Origin: Mobula hypostoma
Lineage: Eukaryota
Direction: 5' to 3'
DNA: 64,000 bases
Assembly (NCBI RefSeq): GCF_963921235.1
Contig: NC_086101.1
Location: 110,112,001 to 110,176,000, forward strand
In this document: positions 48,426 to 60,214 of the stretch, piece after piece
Layout: each line of letters starts with the position of its first letter
Numbering within the stretch: the first letter of the stretch is position 1
Program-made: the position numbers and the translations under genes
The notes under the pieces: generated by a model
What the model saw: the letters and a program-made list of their open reading frames with translations, nothing else
What the model was told of the DNA's origin: nothing
The model's database searches: none

Positions 48426-48557
48426 GACGAGAGTCCGGAGGGGATTGTCTACTCAGTCGTACAAGCCAAGGGGAGACCAAAAGCAGTCAGAAACGTCGCC
48501 TGTTCAGAAGAGAAATGTCTCTACGTAGCTGTTAAATTCAGGGCTGAGACTCAGTAG
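48426..48557 (+). CDS. Exon 9: terminal coding exon with two ITIM/ITIM-like motifs
   Basis: Acceptor gtacctctcttgcag; DESPEGIVYSVVQAKGRPKAVRNVACSEEKCLYVAVKFRAETQ*; IVYSVV at 48444-48461, CLYVAV at 48516-48533; TAG at 48555-48557. Confidence 0.88.
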   Translation, partial: DESPEGIVYSVVQAKGRPKAVRNVACSEEKCLYVAVKFRAETQ

Positions 48558-48980
48558 CCCTTTCATGTCACCAGGATATCTGTCTTCACAATCCGAATTA
48601 GTCAATATATTAACAAGCACAGTTACTCAAACATGTTATACATATCACTCACAAGCACTTTACCACATACCACATACACTAAGCATGACAAAACAGAAGA
48701 AACGGGACCCATTGCCCACGATGTACTGGCTGGGCACAGAGATGGGCTGCTCTCCATCCCACTGTGCCCCCTGCCCAACCACTCAAAAACACAATAGAAC
48801 AGACTTGGCATCACTGGCTCACATCAGCCTGCGCTCTCAGAACTGAACCGGCAGCAAACAGCCGGGGACCAGAGCCTTGGGTAAAACAACAACTTGCATG
48901 GTGCCTCTTGCTCCTTCACTCTGGGACACCAAAACAAGTGGGTAAGAGATGCAGATGTACAATTGGACAAAGGGAGAGCG

Positions 48981-49365
48981 GGATTGAGAGACACCAGTCA
49001 GTGTACAGATATCCCCTGAGAGAGAGGGCCTGAGAGACATCGGTCAGTGTACAGATATCCCCCTGAGAGAGAGGGACTGAGAGACACCGGTCACTGTACA
49101 GATATCCCCTGAGACAGAGGGACTGAGAGACACGGGTCAGTGTACAGATATCCCTGAGAGAGAGGGACTGAGAGACACAGGTCAGTGTACAGATATCCCT
49201 GAGAAAGAGGGACTGAGAGACACAGGTCAGTGTACAGATATCCCCCTGAGAGAGAGGGACTGAGAGACACGGGTCAGTGTACAGATATCCCTGAGAAAGA
49301 GGGACTGAGAGACACGGGTCAGTGTACAGATATCCCTCTGAGAGAGAGGGACTGAGAGACACCGG
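48981..49365 (+). repeat. Minisatellite, ~45-47 bp unit, about 8 copies
   Basis: gagagagggactgagagacacgggtcagtgtacagatatccc(c)ct repeated head to tail. Confidence 0.95.
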
Positions 49366-50379
49366 TAAGTCATAGTCATACTTTATTGATCCCGGGGGAA
49401 ATTGGTTTTCGTTACAGTTGCACCATAAATAATTAAATTGTAATAAAACCATAAATAATTGAATAGTAATATGTAAATTATGCCAGGAAATAAGTCCAGG
49501 ACCAGCCTATTGTCTCAGGGTGTCTGACCCTCCAAGGGAGGAGTTGTAAAGTTTGATGGCCACAGGCAGGAATGACTTCCTATGACGCTCTGTGCTGCAT
49601 CTCGGTGGAATGAGTCTCTGGCTGAATGTACTCCTGTGCCCAACCAGTATATTATCTAGTGGATGGGAGACATTGTCCAAGGTGGCATGCAACTTAGACA
49701 GCATCCTCTTTTCAGACACCACTGTCAGAGAGTCCAGTTCCATCCCCACAACATCACTGGCCTTATGAATGAGTTTGTTGATTCTGTTGGTGGCTGCTAC
49801 CCTCAGCCTGCTGCCCCAGCACACAACAGCAAACATGATAGCACTGGCCACCACAGACTCGTAGAACATCCTCAGCATCGTCCGACAGATGATAAAGGAC
49901 CTCAGTCTCCTCAGGAAATAGAGACAGCTCTGACCCTTCTTGTAGACGGCCTCAGTGTTCTTTGACCAGTCCAGTTTATTGTCAATTCGTATCCCCAAGT
50001 ATTTGTAATCTTCCACCATGTCCACACTGACCCTCTGGATGGAAACAGGGGTCACCGGTGCCTTAGCTCTCTTCAGGTCCACCACCAGCTCCTTAGTCTT
50101 TTTCACATTAAGCTGCAGATAATTCTGCTCACACCATGTGACAAAGTTTCCTACCGTAGCCCTGTACTCAGCCTCATCTCCCTTGCTGATGCATCCAACT
50201 ATGGCAGAGTCATCCAAAAACTTCTGAAGATGACAAGACACTGTGCAGTAGTTGAAGTCCCAGGTGTAAATGGTGAAGAGAAAGGGAGACAAGACAGTCC
50301 CCTGTGGAGCCCCAGTGCTGCTGATCACTCTGTCGGACACACAGTGTTGCAAGCACACGTACTGTGGTCTGCCAGTCAG
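49366..50379 (-). mobile_element. Rex1/Babar LINE, 5'-truncated, in or just after the receptor 3' UTR
   Basis: 283-aa open RT C-terminus (GAPQGTVLSPFLF, KFLDDSA, YKYLG); (catagt)n tail. Confidence 0.9.
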
Positions 50380-50577
50380 CTGCTTTTCCCGTTGGATAGT
50401 TGCCTGGTGTCCAGTTTCAAATATTCTGGGTATCCGGAAAGGCCTTGCTCACCTCTTCCTATGTTTAAGGCAAGGACGCACATGGCAATTGTGAAGGAAT
50501 TCTCTGCATGCACTTTTGTCGAGTATTTGGCTTTGTGGTGTCTTAATGAATGTTTGGTCAAATTTTTACTGTTTGTA

Positions 50578-50684
50578 AATAAATGATCAATGTACCTGTT
50601 CAAAGTCAGTGCATTTCCTGTCTCACTTGCCAACCCTGCAAACCTGATCCATCATTGTAGGATCACGCAATGATACACAATAAA
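50578..50684 (+). terminator. Candidate polyadenylation signals of the receptor gene
   Basis: AATAAA at 50578-50583 and 50679-50684 in non-repeat sequence; an earlier AATAAA at 49442 lies in an antisense LINE tail. Confidence 0.3.
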
Positions 50685-50689
50685 CTAGT

Positions 50690-51320
50690 CTACACCATCC
50701 CATCACACACTCCCAGGGTCAGAAGCAGAGTGAAGCTCCCTCCACACTGTCCCATCACACACTCCCAGGGTCAGACAGTGTGAAGCTCCCTCCACACTGT
50801 CCCATCACACACTCCCAGGGTCAGACACAGAGTGAAGCTCCCTCTACACTGTCCCATCACACACTCCCAGTGTCAGACGCAGAATGAAGCTCCCTCCACA
50901 CTGTCCCATCACACACTGCCAGGGTCAGATACAGAGTGAAGCTCCCTCCACAATGTCCCATCACACACTCCCAGGGTCAGACGCAGAGTGAAGCTCCCTC
51001 CACAATGTCCCATCACACACTGCCAGGGTCAGACACAGAGTGAAGCTCCCTCCACAATGTCCCATCACACACTGCCAGGGTCAGACACAGAGTGCAGCTC
51101 CCTCTACACTGTCCCATCACACAGTCCCAGGGTCAGACACAGAGTGAAGCTCCCTCTACCCTGTCCCATCACACACTCCCAGGGTCAGACACAGAGTGAA
51201 GTTCCCTCTACACTGTCCCATCACACACTCCCAGGGTCAGACGCAGAGTGAAGCTCCCTCTACACTGTCCCATCACACACTCCCAGGGTCAAACATAGGG
51301 TGAAGCTCCCTCTGTCCCCA
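50690..51320 (+). repeat. Minisatellite, 52 bp unit, about 12 copies
   Basis: tgaagctccc recurs at 50731, 50781, 50833, 50885, 50937, 50989, 51041, 51093, 51145, 51197, 51249, 51301 (two slightly variant). Confidence 0.95.
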
Positions 51321-52189
51321 TAATTTAGTCACAAATTCACATTTCACTGAAACTTGAAGACACAGGGGACTGCAGATGCTGGGGGACTTCTGTGGGACAG
51401 GCAGCATTTATGGTGACAGAAGGCTGGTCAGTGTTTCGGGTTGAGACCCTGCATCAGGACTGAGAGTGGAGAGAGATGAAAAGAGGTGAGAGGGGTAATT
51501 GAGAGGAGACTGACAGATGACAGGAGAAAATGGATGACATTGGGGGGTGACGTACAGATGATCAAAGACAGAGGCTGAAGTTGATGTGCAAGTGGCTATG
51601 CTGTCCACTTCTCCTGCTCCACTTCTGCCCCCTTACACTGAAAGTTTGTTTACGTCTCTGGCTGCACTTTCTGCATCTCAGTAAAGCAGCCAGCATAAGC
51701 AAAGATCCCACCCACTCCAGACATTCTCTCTTCTGCCCTCTCCCATCAGGCAGAAGATGCACACTGCCAGGCTCGAGGACATCTTTCAGGACAGGGTCAA
51801 GGGAGTGGTATGTTGGCAAAGCGAATAGTGCAACGCTTTACAGTGCCAGCGTCACTGATCAGGGTTCAATTCCCACTGCTGTCTGTAAGAAGTTTGCACA
51901 GAACAGCGCCAAAGTCGTCAGCACACATATATATAACTAGACAGTACTGTATTTGTCAACACGGAGTGCAGAGTGTCTGTGTAAATCTGGTGGAAGCAAA
52001 GGATGGATGTGGGACAGGTGGTAGAGGAGGAGCGCTGGGGTGGGGGTGGTGCGGGTACAGACACACCCAGCCCTGAGACACCAGGCAAGGTCATTTGATT
52101 CCAAACAATTGGTTTATTGATCATTACAGAATGTCTGACTGGTGTTTCCTACACCCTCCTCTCTGCTTTCTCTTTTCCCAATCAGAATC

Positions 52190-53603
52190 AGGTTTATTAT
52201 CACCGGCATGTGTTGTGAAATTTGTTAACTTAGTACCAGCAGTTCAATGCAATACATAATATAGAAAAGGGAAAAAATAAAATTATAATAAATAAGTAAA
52301 TCAATAATAATAATAATAAGAAGAGAGTCCTTAACTCTGAGTGGAGTCATCGGGACGCTGTCATGATGGCGATTTTAGCAGGCTTTCTTATTTTTACGAG
52401 GCCAAGTTGCTAGCTCGATGCTCAACCCAGCACGGACAGAAAGCGTGCAAGGGAGCCGGCTGGATTTGAACTCGGGAGCCTTCGCTCCGAAGTCCAGTGC
52501 TGTTGCCACTACGCCATTAGCCGGCAGTATACATATTACAGTATACGTACTGTATATTTAATAGATTAAAAATCGTGCAAAAAGACAGAAATGATATGTA
52601 TATTAAAAAAGTGAGGTAGTGTTCACGGGTTCAATGTCCATTTAGGAATCAGATGGCAGAGGGAAGCACGCTTTTCCTGAATCACTGAGTGTTTACCTTC
52701 AGGCTTCTGTACCTCCTACCTGGTGGTAACAGTGAGAAAAGGGCATGCCCTGGGTGCTGGAGGTCCTTAATAATGGACACTGCCTTTCTGAGACACTGTT
52801 CCCTGAAAATTTCCTGAGTACTTTGTAGGCAAGTACCCAAGATGGAGCCGACTAAATTTACAATACTCTGTAGCTTCTTTTGGTCCTGTGCAGTAGCAGC
52901 CCCACCCCACCCCCCATACCAGACAATGATGCAGCCTGTCAGAATGCTTTCCACAGTACAACTATAGAAGTTTTTGAGTGTATTTGTTGACATGTCAAAT
53001 CTCTTCAAACTCCTAATAATGTATAGCACTGTATTGCCTTCTTTATAACTACATCGATATGTTGGGACCAGGTTAGATCCTCAGAGATCTTGACACTGAA
53101 GGACTTGAAGATGCTCACTCTCTCCACTTCTGATCCCTTTATGAGGATTGGTATGTGCTCCTTTGTCTTATGCTTCCTGAAGTCTGCAATCAGCTCTTTG
53201 GTCTTACTGACGTTGAGTGCCAGGTTGTTGCTGTGACACCACTCCACTAGTTGGCATATCTCACTCCTGTATTCCCTCTTGTCACCACCTGAGATTCTAC
53301 CAATAATGGTTGTATCGTCAGCAAATTTGTAGATGGTATTTGAGCTATGCCTCGCCACACAGTCACCTGTATACAGAGAGTAGAGCAGTGGGCTAAGCAC
53401 ACACACCCCTGAGGTGCACCAGTGTTGATCGTCAATGAGGAGGATATGTTATCACCAATCCGCACAGACTGTGGTCTTCCGGTTAGGAAGTCGAGGATCC
53501 AATTACAGAGGGAGGTACAGAGGCCCAGGTTCTGCAACTTCTCAATCAGGATTGTGGGAATGATGGTATTAAATGCTGAGCTATAGTCGATGAACAACAT
53601 CAT
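52190..53603 (-). mobile_element. Rex1/Babar LINE, 5'-truncated (with SINE insertion)
   Basis: [26 protein letters not shown]. Confidence 0.88.
52335..52525 (-). mobile_element. tRNA-derived SINE, young copy
   Basis: A box TGGCGTAGTGG and B box GAGTTCAAATCC on - strand, followed by a non-tRNA body. Confidence 0.75.
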
Positions 53604-53834
53604 GCATGTACATTATTATTATTTGCTAATTTATCTGTGGTAGTTTTAATTTATGCGTTATGAGTGTGAATTATGTGTCCTGTGTTGCATACCTTGGTCC
53701 AGAGGAACAGTGCCTTGATTGGTGGTATCCCTGTATATAGAAACATAGAAACATAGAAAATAGGTGCAGGAGTAGGCCATTCGGCCCTTCGAGCCTGCAC
53801 CGCCATTTATTATGATCATGGCTGATCATCCAAC

Positions 53835-56800
53835 TCAGAACCCAGCCTTCCCTCCATACCCCCTGACCCCTGTAGCCACAAGGGCCATATCTAACTTCCT
53901 TTTAAACATAGCTAATGAACTGGCCTCAACAGTTTGCTGTGGCAGAGAATTCCACAGATTCACCACTCTCTGTGTGAAGAAGTTTTTCCTAACCTCGGTC
54001 CTAAAAGGCTTCCCCTCTATCCTCAAACTGTGACCCCTCGTTCTAGACCTCCCCAACATCAGGAACAATCTTCCTGCATCTAGCCTGTCCAATCCCTTTA
54101 GGATCTTATACATTTCAATCAGATCCCCCCTCAATCTTCTAAATTCCAACGAGTACAAGCCCAGTTCATCCAGTCTTTCTTCATATGAAAGACCTGCCAT
54201 CCCAGGAATCAATCTGGTGAACCTTCTTTGTACTCCCTCTATGGCAAAGATGTCTTTCCTCAGATTAGGGGACCAAAACTGCACACAATACTCCAGGTGT
54301 GGTCTCACCAAGGCCTTGTACAACTGCAGTAGTACCTCCCTGCTCCTGTACTCGAATCCTCTCGCTATAAATGCCAGCATACCCGTTCGCCTTTTTCACC
54401 GCCTGCTGTACCTGCATGCCCACTTTCAATGACTGGTGTATAATGACACCCAGGTCTCGTTGCACCTCCCCTTTTCCTAATCGGCCACCATTCAGATAAT
54501 AATCTGTTTTCCTATTTTTGCCACCAAAGTGGATAACTTCACATTTATCCACATTAAATTGCATCTGCCATGAGTTTGCCCACTCACCCAACCTATCCAA
54601 GTCACCCTGCATCCTCTTAGCATCCTCCTCACTGCTAACACTGCCACCCAGCTTCGTGTCATCCGCAAACTTGGAGATGCTGCATTTAATTCCCTCATCC
54701 AAGTCATTAATATATATTGTAAACAACTGGGGTCCCAGCACTGAGCCTTGCGGTACCCCACTAGTCACCGCCTGCCATTCTGAAAAGGTCCCGTTTATTC
54801 CCACTCTTTGCTTCCTGTCTGCTAACCAATTCTCCACCCACACCAATACCTTACCCCCAATACCGTGTGCTTTAAGTTTGCACACTAATCTCCTATGTGG
54901 GACCTTGTCAAAAGCCTTTTGAAAATCCAAATATACCACATCCACTGGTTCTCCCCTATCCACTCTACTAGTTACATCCTCAAAAAATTCTATGAGATTC
55001 GTCAGACATGATTTTCCTTTCACAAATCCATGCTGACTTTGTCCGATCATTTCACCGCTTTCCAAATGTGCTGTTATCACATCCTTGATAACTGACTCCA
55101 GCAGTTTCCCCACCACCGACGTTAGGCTAACCGGCCTATAATTCCCCGGTTTCTCTCTCCCTCCTTTTTTAAAAAGTGGGGTTACATTAGCCACCCTCCA
55201 ATCCTCAGGAACTAGTCCAGAATCTAACGAGTTTTGAAAAATTATCACTAATGCATCCACTATTTCTTGGGCCACTTCCTTAAGCACTCTGGGATGCAGA
55301 CCATCTGGCCCTGGGGATTTATCTGCCTTCAATCCCTTCAATTTACCTAACACCATTTCCCTACTAACATGTATTTCGCTCAGTTCCTCCATCTCACTGG
55401 ACCCTCTGTCCCTTACTATTTCTGGAAGATTATTTATGTCCTCCTTAGTGAAGACAGAACCAAAGTAATTATTCAATTGGTCTGCCATGTCCTTGCTCCC
55501 CATAATCAATTCACCTGTTTCTGTTTGCAGGGGACCTACATTTGTCTTTATCAGTCTTTTCCTTTTTACATATCTATAAAAGCTTTTACAGTCCGTTTTT
55601 ATGTTCTCTGCCAGTTTTCTCTCATAATCTTTTTTCCCCTTCCTAATTAAGCCCTTTGTCCTCCTCTGCTGAACTTTGAATTTCTCCCAGTCCTCAGGTG
55701 AGCCACTTTCTCTGGCTAATTTGTATGCTACTTCTTTGGAATTGATACTATCCCTAATTTCTCTTGTCAGCCACGGGTGCACTACCTTCCTTGATTTATT
55801 CTTTTGCCAAACTGGGATGAACAATTGTTGTAGTTCATCCATGCAACCTTTAAATGCCTGCCATTGCATATCCACCGTCAATCCTTGAAGTGTCATTTGC
55901 CAGTCTATCTTAGCTAATTCATGTCTCATACCTTCAAAGTTACCCCTCTTTAAGTTCAGAACCTTTGTTTCTGAATTAACTATGTCACTCTCCATGTTAA
56001 TGAAGAATTCCACCATATTATGGTCACTCTTACCCAAGGGGCCTCTCACGACAAGATCGCTAATTAACCCTTCCTCATTGCTCAAAACCCAGTCCAGAAT
56101 AGCCTGCTCTCTAGTCGGTTCCTCGACATGTTGGTTCAAAAAACCATCCCGCATACATTCCAAGAAATCCTCTTCCTCAGCACCTTTACCAATTTGGTTC
56201 ACCCAGTCTACATGTAGATTGAAGTCACCCATTATAACTGCTGTTCCTTTATTGCACACATTTCTAATTTCCTGTTTAATACCATCTCCGACCTCACTAC
56301 TACTGTTAGGTGGCCTGTACACAACTCCCACCAGCGTCTTCTGCCCCTTAGTGTTACGCAGCTCTACCCATATCGATTCCACATCTTCCCGGCTTATGTC
56401 CTTCCTTTCTATTGCGTTAATCTCTTTTTTAACCAGCAACGCCACCCCACCTCCCCTTCCTTCGTGTCTATCCCTCCTGAATATTGAATATCCCTGAACG
56501 TTGAGCTCCCATCCCTGGTCACCCTGGAGCCATGTCTCTGTGATCCCAACTATATCATAATCATTAATAACAATCTGCACTTTCAATTCATCCACCTTAT
56601 TACGAATGCTCCTTGCATTGACACATAAAGCCTTCAGGCACTCTTTTACAACTCTCTTAGCCCTTTTTAATGCTTGCCCTGGATTTGTCGGCCTGCCACT
56701 TTTACTTTTCCCCTTTGTACTTTTTGCTTCTACGCTCACTTTACACCCCTCTGTCTCTCTGCACTGGTTCCCATCCCTCTGTTGTGAACTAACCTCCTCA

Positions 56801-56835
56801 CACCTAGCCGCTTTAATTTGATTCCCACCCCCCAA
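53835..56835 (-). CDS. CR1 ORF2p (APE endonuclease + reverse transcriptase), one frameshift near 54382
   Basis: NARS, GITETW, VYRPP, GDFN, SDH (EN); GNYRPVSLTS, QHGF, DFQKAFDKV, PQGSVLGP, FADD (RT). An extra base in a CCC run at 54382-54384 shifts the frame; the C-terminus continues in ORF 54380-53835. Confidence 0.9.
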
Positions 56836-56840
56836 CCATT

Positions 56841-57776
56841 CTAGTTTAAAGTCACCTCAGTAGCCCCCGCTAATCTCCCTGCCAGGATATTGGTCCCCCG
56901 AGGATTTAAGTGTAACCCGTCCTTTTTGTACAGGTCACACCTGCGCCAAAAGAGGTCCCAATGATCCAAAAACTTGAATCCCTGCCCCCTGCTCCAATCC
57001 CTCAGCCACGCATTTATCCTCCACCTCATCGCATTCCTACTCTCACTGTCGCGTGGCACAGGCAGTAATCCCGAGATTACTACCTTTGCGGTCCTTTTTC
57101 TCAACTCCCTTCCTAGCTCCCTATATTCTTCTTTCAGGACCTCATCCCTTTTCCTACCTATGTCATTGGTACCTATATGTACCAGGACCTCTGGCTCTTC
57201 ACCCTCCCACTTCAGGATATCTTGGACACGATCAGAAATATCCCGGACCCTGGCACCAGGGAGGCAAACTACCATCCGAGTCTCTGGACTGCGTCCACAG
57301 AATCGCCTATCTGACCCCCTTACTATCGAGTCCCCTATCACAACTGCCCTCCTCTTCCTTGCCCTACCCTTCTGAGCTACAGGGCCAGACTCTGTGCCGG
57401 AGGCAGGGCCACTGTCGCTTCCCCCGGGTAAGCTGTCCCCCCCAACAGTACTCAAACAGGAGTACCTGTTGTTAAGGGGCACAGCCGCCGGGGTACTCCC
57501 CATCACCTTCCTTTTCCCCTTCCCCCTCCTAACCGTGACCCACTTGTCTGCCTCCCGTGGCCCCGGCGTGACCACCTGCCTTCCACTCCTCTCTATCACC
57601 TCCTCACTCTCCCTGACCAGACGAAGGTCATCGAGCTGCAGCTCCAGTTCCGTAACGCGGTCCCTTAGGAGCTGCATCTCGATGCACTTGGCGCAGATGT
57701 AGACGTCCGGGAGGCTTGGAGACTCCAGGGCCTCCCACATCCGACACCGAGAACAGCAAACTGCCCTCACAGTCAT
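56841..57776 (-). CDS. CR1 ORF1p (zinc finger, coiled coil, SGNH esterase)
   Basis: Intact frame from ATG at 57776: CCSRC..CAKC, LRDRVTELELQLDDL, VIGDSIVRG, HIGTNDI, DGLHLN. Confidence 0.9.
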   Translation of the reverse strand: MTVRAVCCSRCRMWEALESPSLPDVYICAKCIEMQLLRDRVTELELQLDDLRLVRESEEVIERSGRQVVTPGPREADKWVTVRRGKGKRKVMGSTPAAVPLNNRYSCLSTVGGDSLPGGSDSGPASGTESGPVAQKGRARKRRAVVIGDSIVRGSDRRFCGRSPETRMVVCLPGARVRDISDRVQDILKWEGEEPEVLVHIGTNDIGRKRDEVLKEEYRELGRELRKRTAKVVISGLLPVPRDSESRNAMRWRINAWLRDWSRGQGFKFLDHWDLFWRRCDLYKKDGLHLNPRGTNILAGRLAGATEVTLN

Positions 57777-58974
57777 AATGCCCCTCTCCTCAAATAGCAA
57801 CAGAAAATGAATGTCAAACCTTCCTCGCCTCGCCCGCTTCCGCCTAAGCCCGTTGAGCCGAAGCCCTTAAGTCTTCACTCTGCTCCCGGCTCACTCCGCA
57901 GCCCGCAAACTACGCTGCCCGCTCTCTGAGGCTCTGTTCCTTTTAAATCTGCCGCGCTGCACTGCCCGACGTCACACGCCTGCGCAGTCCCGCCTCTCAG
58001 AAAGCCGTTGGAGAAAAAAAAATAACGAAAATTTCAAAAATCTCTTTTTCGGCACTCCCACTCAGACTCTCAGACTCCTTCTTCGAATCAAATCCGAAGC
58101 AGGATGTCTGGTTAATTGCCAATAAACTTGAACTTGAAGTAGAATATAATGGCAAGGATGTACTGCAGAGACTTTGGTCAGACTGCATTTGGAATATTGT
58201 GAGCATTTTTTAATGGTTAATTCTGCTCCTGTGTCTATGGACATAAGATTGCATGTAGATGCTGGGCTCAGAATATGGACCAGGAGTTCCCAACCTTATT
58301 TATACCATGGACCAATACCATTACCCCCTGCTGTGGACTGATCCTCAGTCTCCCCTGCTCCGGGGTGGAGGTGAAAAACGCTCCTTCCCTCTGCTAGTCT
58401 GCAAGTCACCCTTGGACAAGGTGTGGCACCTACTTAGACTCCCCACCCCTCCCCGATCAGGGTCACGTGAAGCCATGAGAGCAGGTGGTGGATGGTCGTA
58501 CGAGCAGCTGGTCCATATCACAAGTCCTGGTTATGCGACCACTGACACCAGGCTGACAACCTCTGAAGAGTATTGATAATGGCTGGGGTCACCCGTCTTG
58601 TAAAGACACCGCCCAGAAGAAGGCAACGGCAGACCACTTCTGTAGAAAAAATTGCCAAGAATAATCATGATTGCCCACACAACACGACAACTAATGATGA
58701 TATTGAATGTGTCTTTGCTTGAGCCAAGTTCAGACGGGCTCCACCTGAACTGTGATGGGACCTGGATCCTAGTGAATCGCATAGTAGATAGGGCTTTAAA
58801 CTAAATAGTAGGGGGGTGGGTTCAACAGATTGGAGAAGTATGGATAAAGTAAAAGATAAAAGTGTGGATAACGATAAAGTAAAAGCAAAAGATAAAAAGA
58901 GAAAAGTAAATGTGGAGTGAAGATAAGTCAAGTGCAAAAGAGTAAAAGATTACAAGATTTTAAAAGCAAAATCA

Positions 58975-60085
58975 GAATCAGAATCAGGTTTATTATCAAT
59001 GGCATGTGATGGGAAATTTGTTAACTTAGCAGCAACAGTTCAATGCAATACATAATCTAGTAGAGAAAAAACAATAAAATAAAACTAATAATAATATTCA
59101 ATAGACAAGTAAATAAATTACATATATTGAATAGAATTTTTTAAATGTGCAAAAACAGAAATATTGTATATTAAAAAAGTGAGGGAGTGTCCAAAGCTTC
59201 AATGCCCATTTAGGAATCGGATGGCAGAGGGGAAGAAGCTGTTCCTGAATCGCTGAGTGTGTGCCTTCAGGCTTCTGTATCTCCTACCTGATGTAAACAG
59301 TGAGAAAAGGGCTTGCCCTGGGTGCTGGAGGTCCTTAGTAATGGACGCTGCCTTTCTGAGACACCATTCCCTGAAGATGTCCTGGGTAGTTTGTAGGCCA
59401 GCATCCAAGATGGAGCTGACTGGATTCACAACCCTCTGCAGCTTCTTTCAGTCCTGTACAGTCGTCCTTCCATACCAGACAGTGATGAACCCTGTCAGAA
59501 TGCTTTCCACAGTACAGCTATAGAAGTTTTTGAGTGTATTTGTTGACATGCCAAATCTCTTCAAACTCCTAATGAAGTATAGTCGCTGTCTTGCCTTCTT
59601 TATAACTACATCAATATGTTGGGACCAGGTTAGGTCCTCAGAGATCTTGACACCCAGGAACTTGAAGCTGCTCACTCTCTCCACTTCTGATCCCTCTATG
59701 AGGATTGGTATGTGTTTCTTCGTCTTACCCTTCCTGATGTCCACAATCAGCTCTTTCATCTTACTGATGTTGAGTGCCAGGTTGTTGCTGTGACACCACT
59801 CCACTAGTTGGCATATCTCACTCCTGTACACCCTCTCGTCTCCATCTGAGATTCTACCGACAATGGTTGTATCATCAGCAAATTTATAGATGGTATTTGA
59901 GCTACACCTAGACGCACATTTATGGGTATATAGAGAGTAGAGGAGTGGGTTAAGCACACACCCCTCAGGTGCACCAGTGTTGATGGTCGGTGAGGAAGAG
60001 ATGTTATCACCAATCCGCACAGACTGTTGTCTTCCAGTTAGGAAGTCAAGGTCCAATTGCAGAGGGAGATACGGAGGCCCAGGTT
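58975..60085 (-). mobile_element. Rex1/Babar LINE, 5'-truncated
   Basis: ORF 59448-60224 with [19 protein letters not shown]; (cagaat)n tail. Confidence 0.88.
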
Positions 60086-60214
60086 CACCCTGCCCCCTTC
60101 CCACTCTCAATTCACAATAGAGACCCATATCAGAATCAGGTTTATCATCACTCACGTATGTCATGATTTTTTTTGGGGAGAAACAGTACAGTACAATACA
60201 TAAATTTCTTGCTG

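Larger units (their letters stand above)
53738..58108 (-). mobile_element. Full-length young CR1 LINE (4371 bp)
   Basis: 5' UTR, ORF1, ORF2 and (TTCTATGT)n-type 3' tail. Ends defined exactly by the empty paralogous site at ~36412-36446 (rc ctgtata|tggttaattgcc). At most a 1-nt target duplication. Confidence 0.95.

Noticed and set aside
48916-49452. 178-aa Cys-rich repetitive ORF on the - strand
   Set aside because: A translation of the 46-bp minisatellite and a LINE tail.
50690-51320. Regularly spaced repeats resembling a CRISPR array or RSS cluster (also 48981-49365)
   Set aside because: Head-to-tail units with no unique spacers, eukaryotic context, no cas genes; cacagag/cactgtc are not followed by nonamers.
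52450-52525. tRNA gene on the - strand
   Set aside because: A and B boxes are present, but acceptor and anticodon stems do not pair well and the sequence continues into a SINE body.
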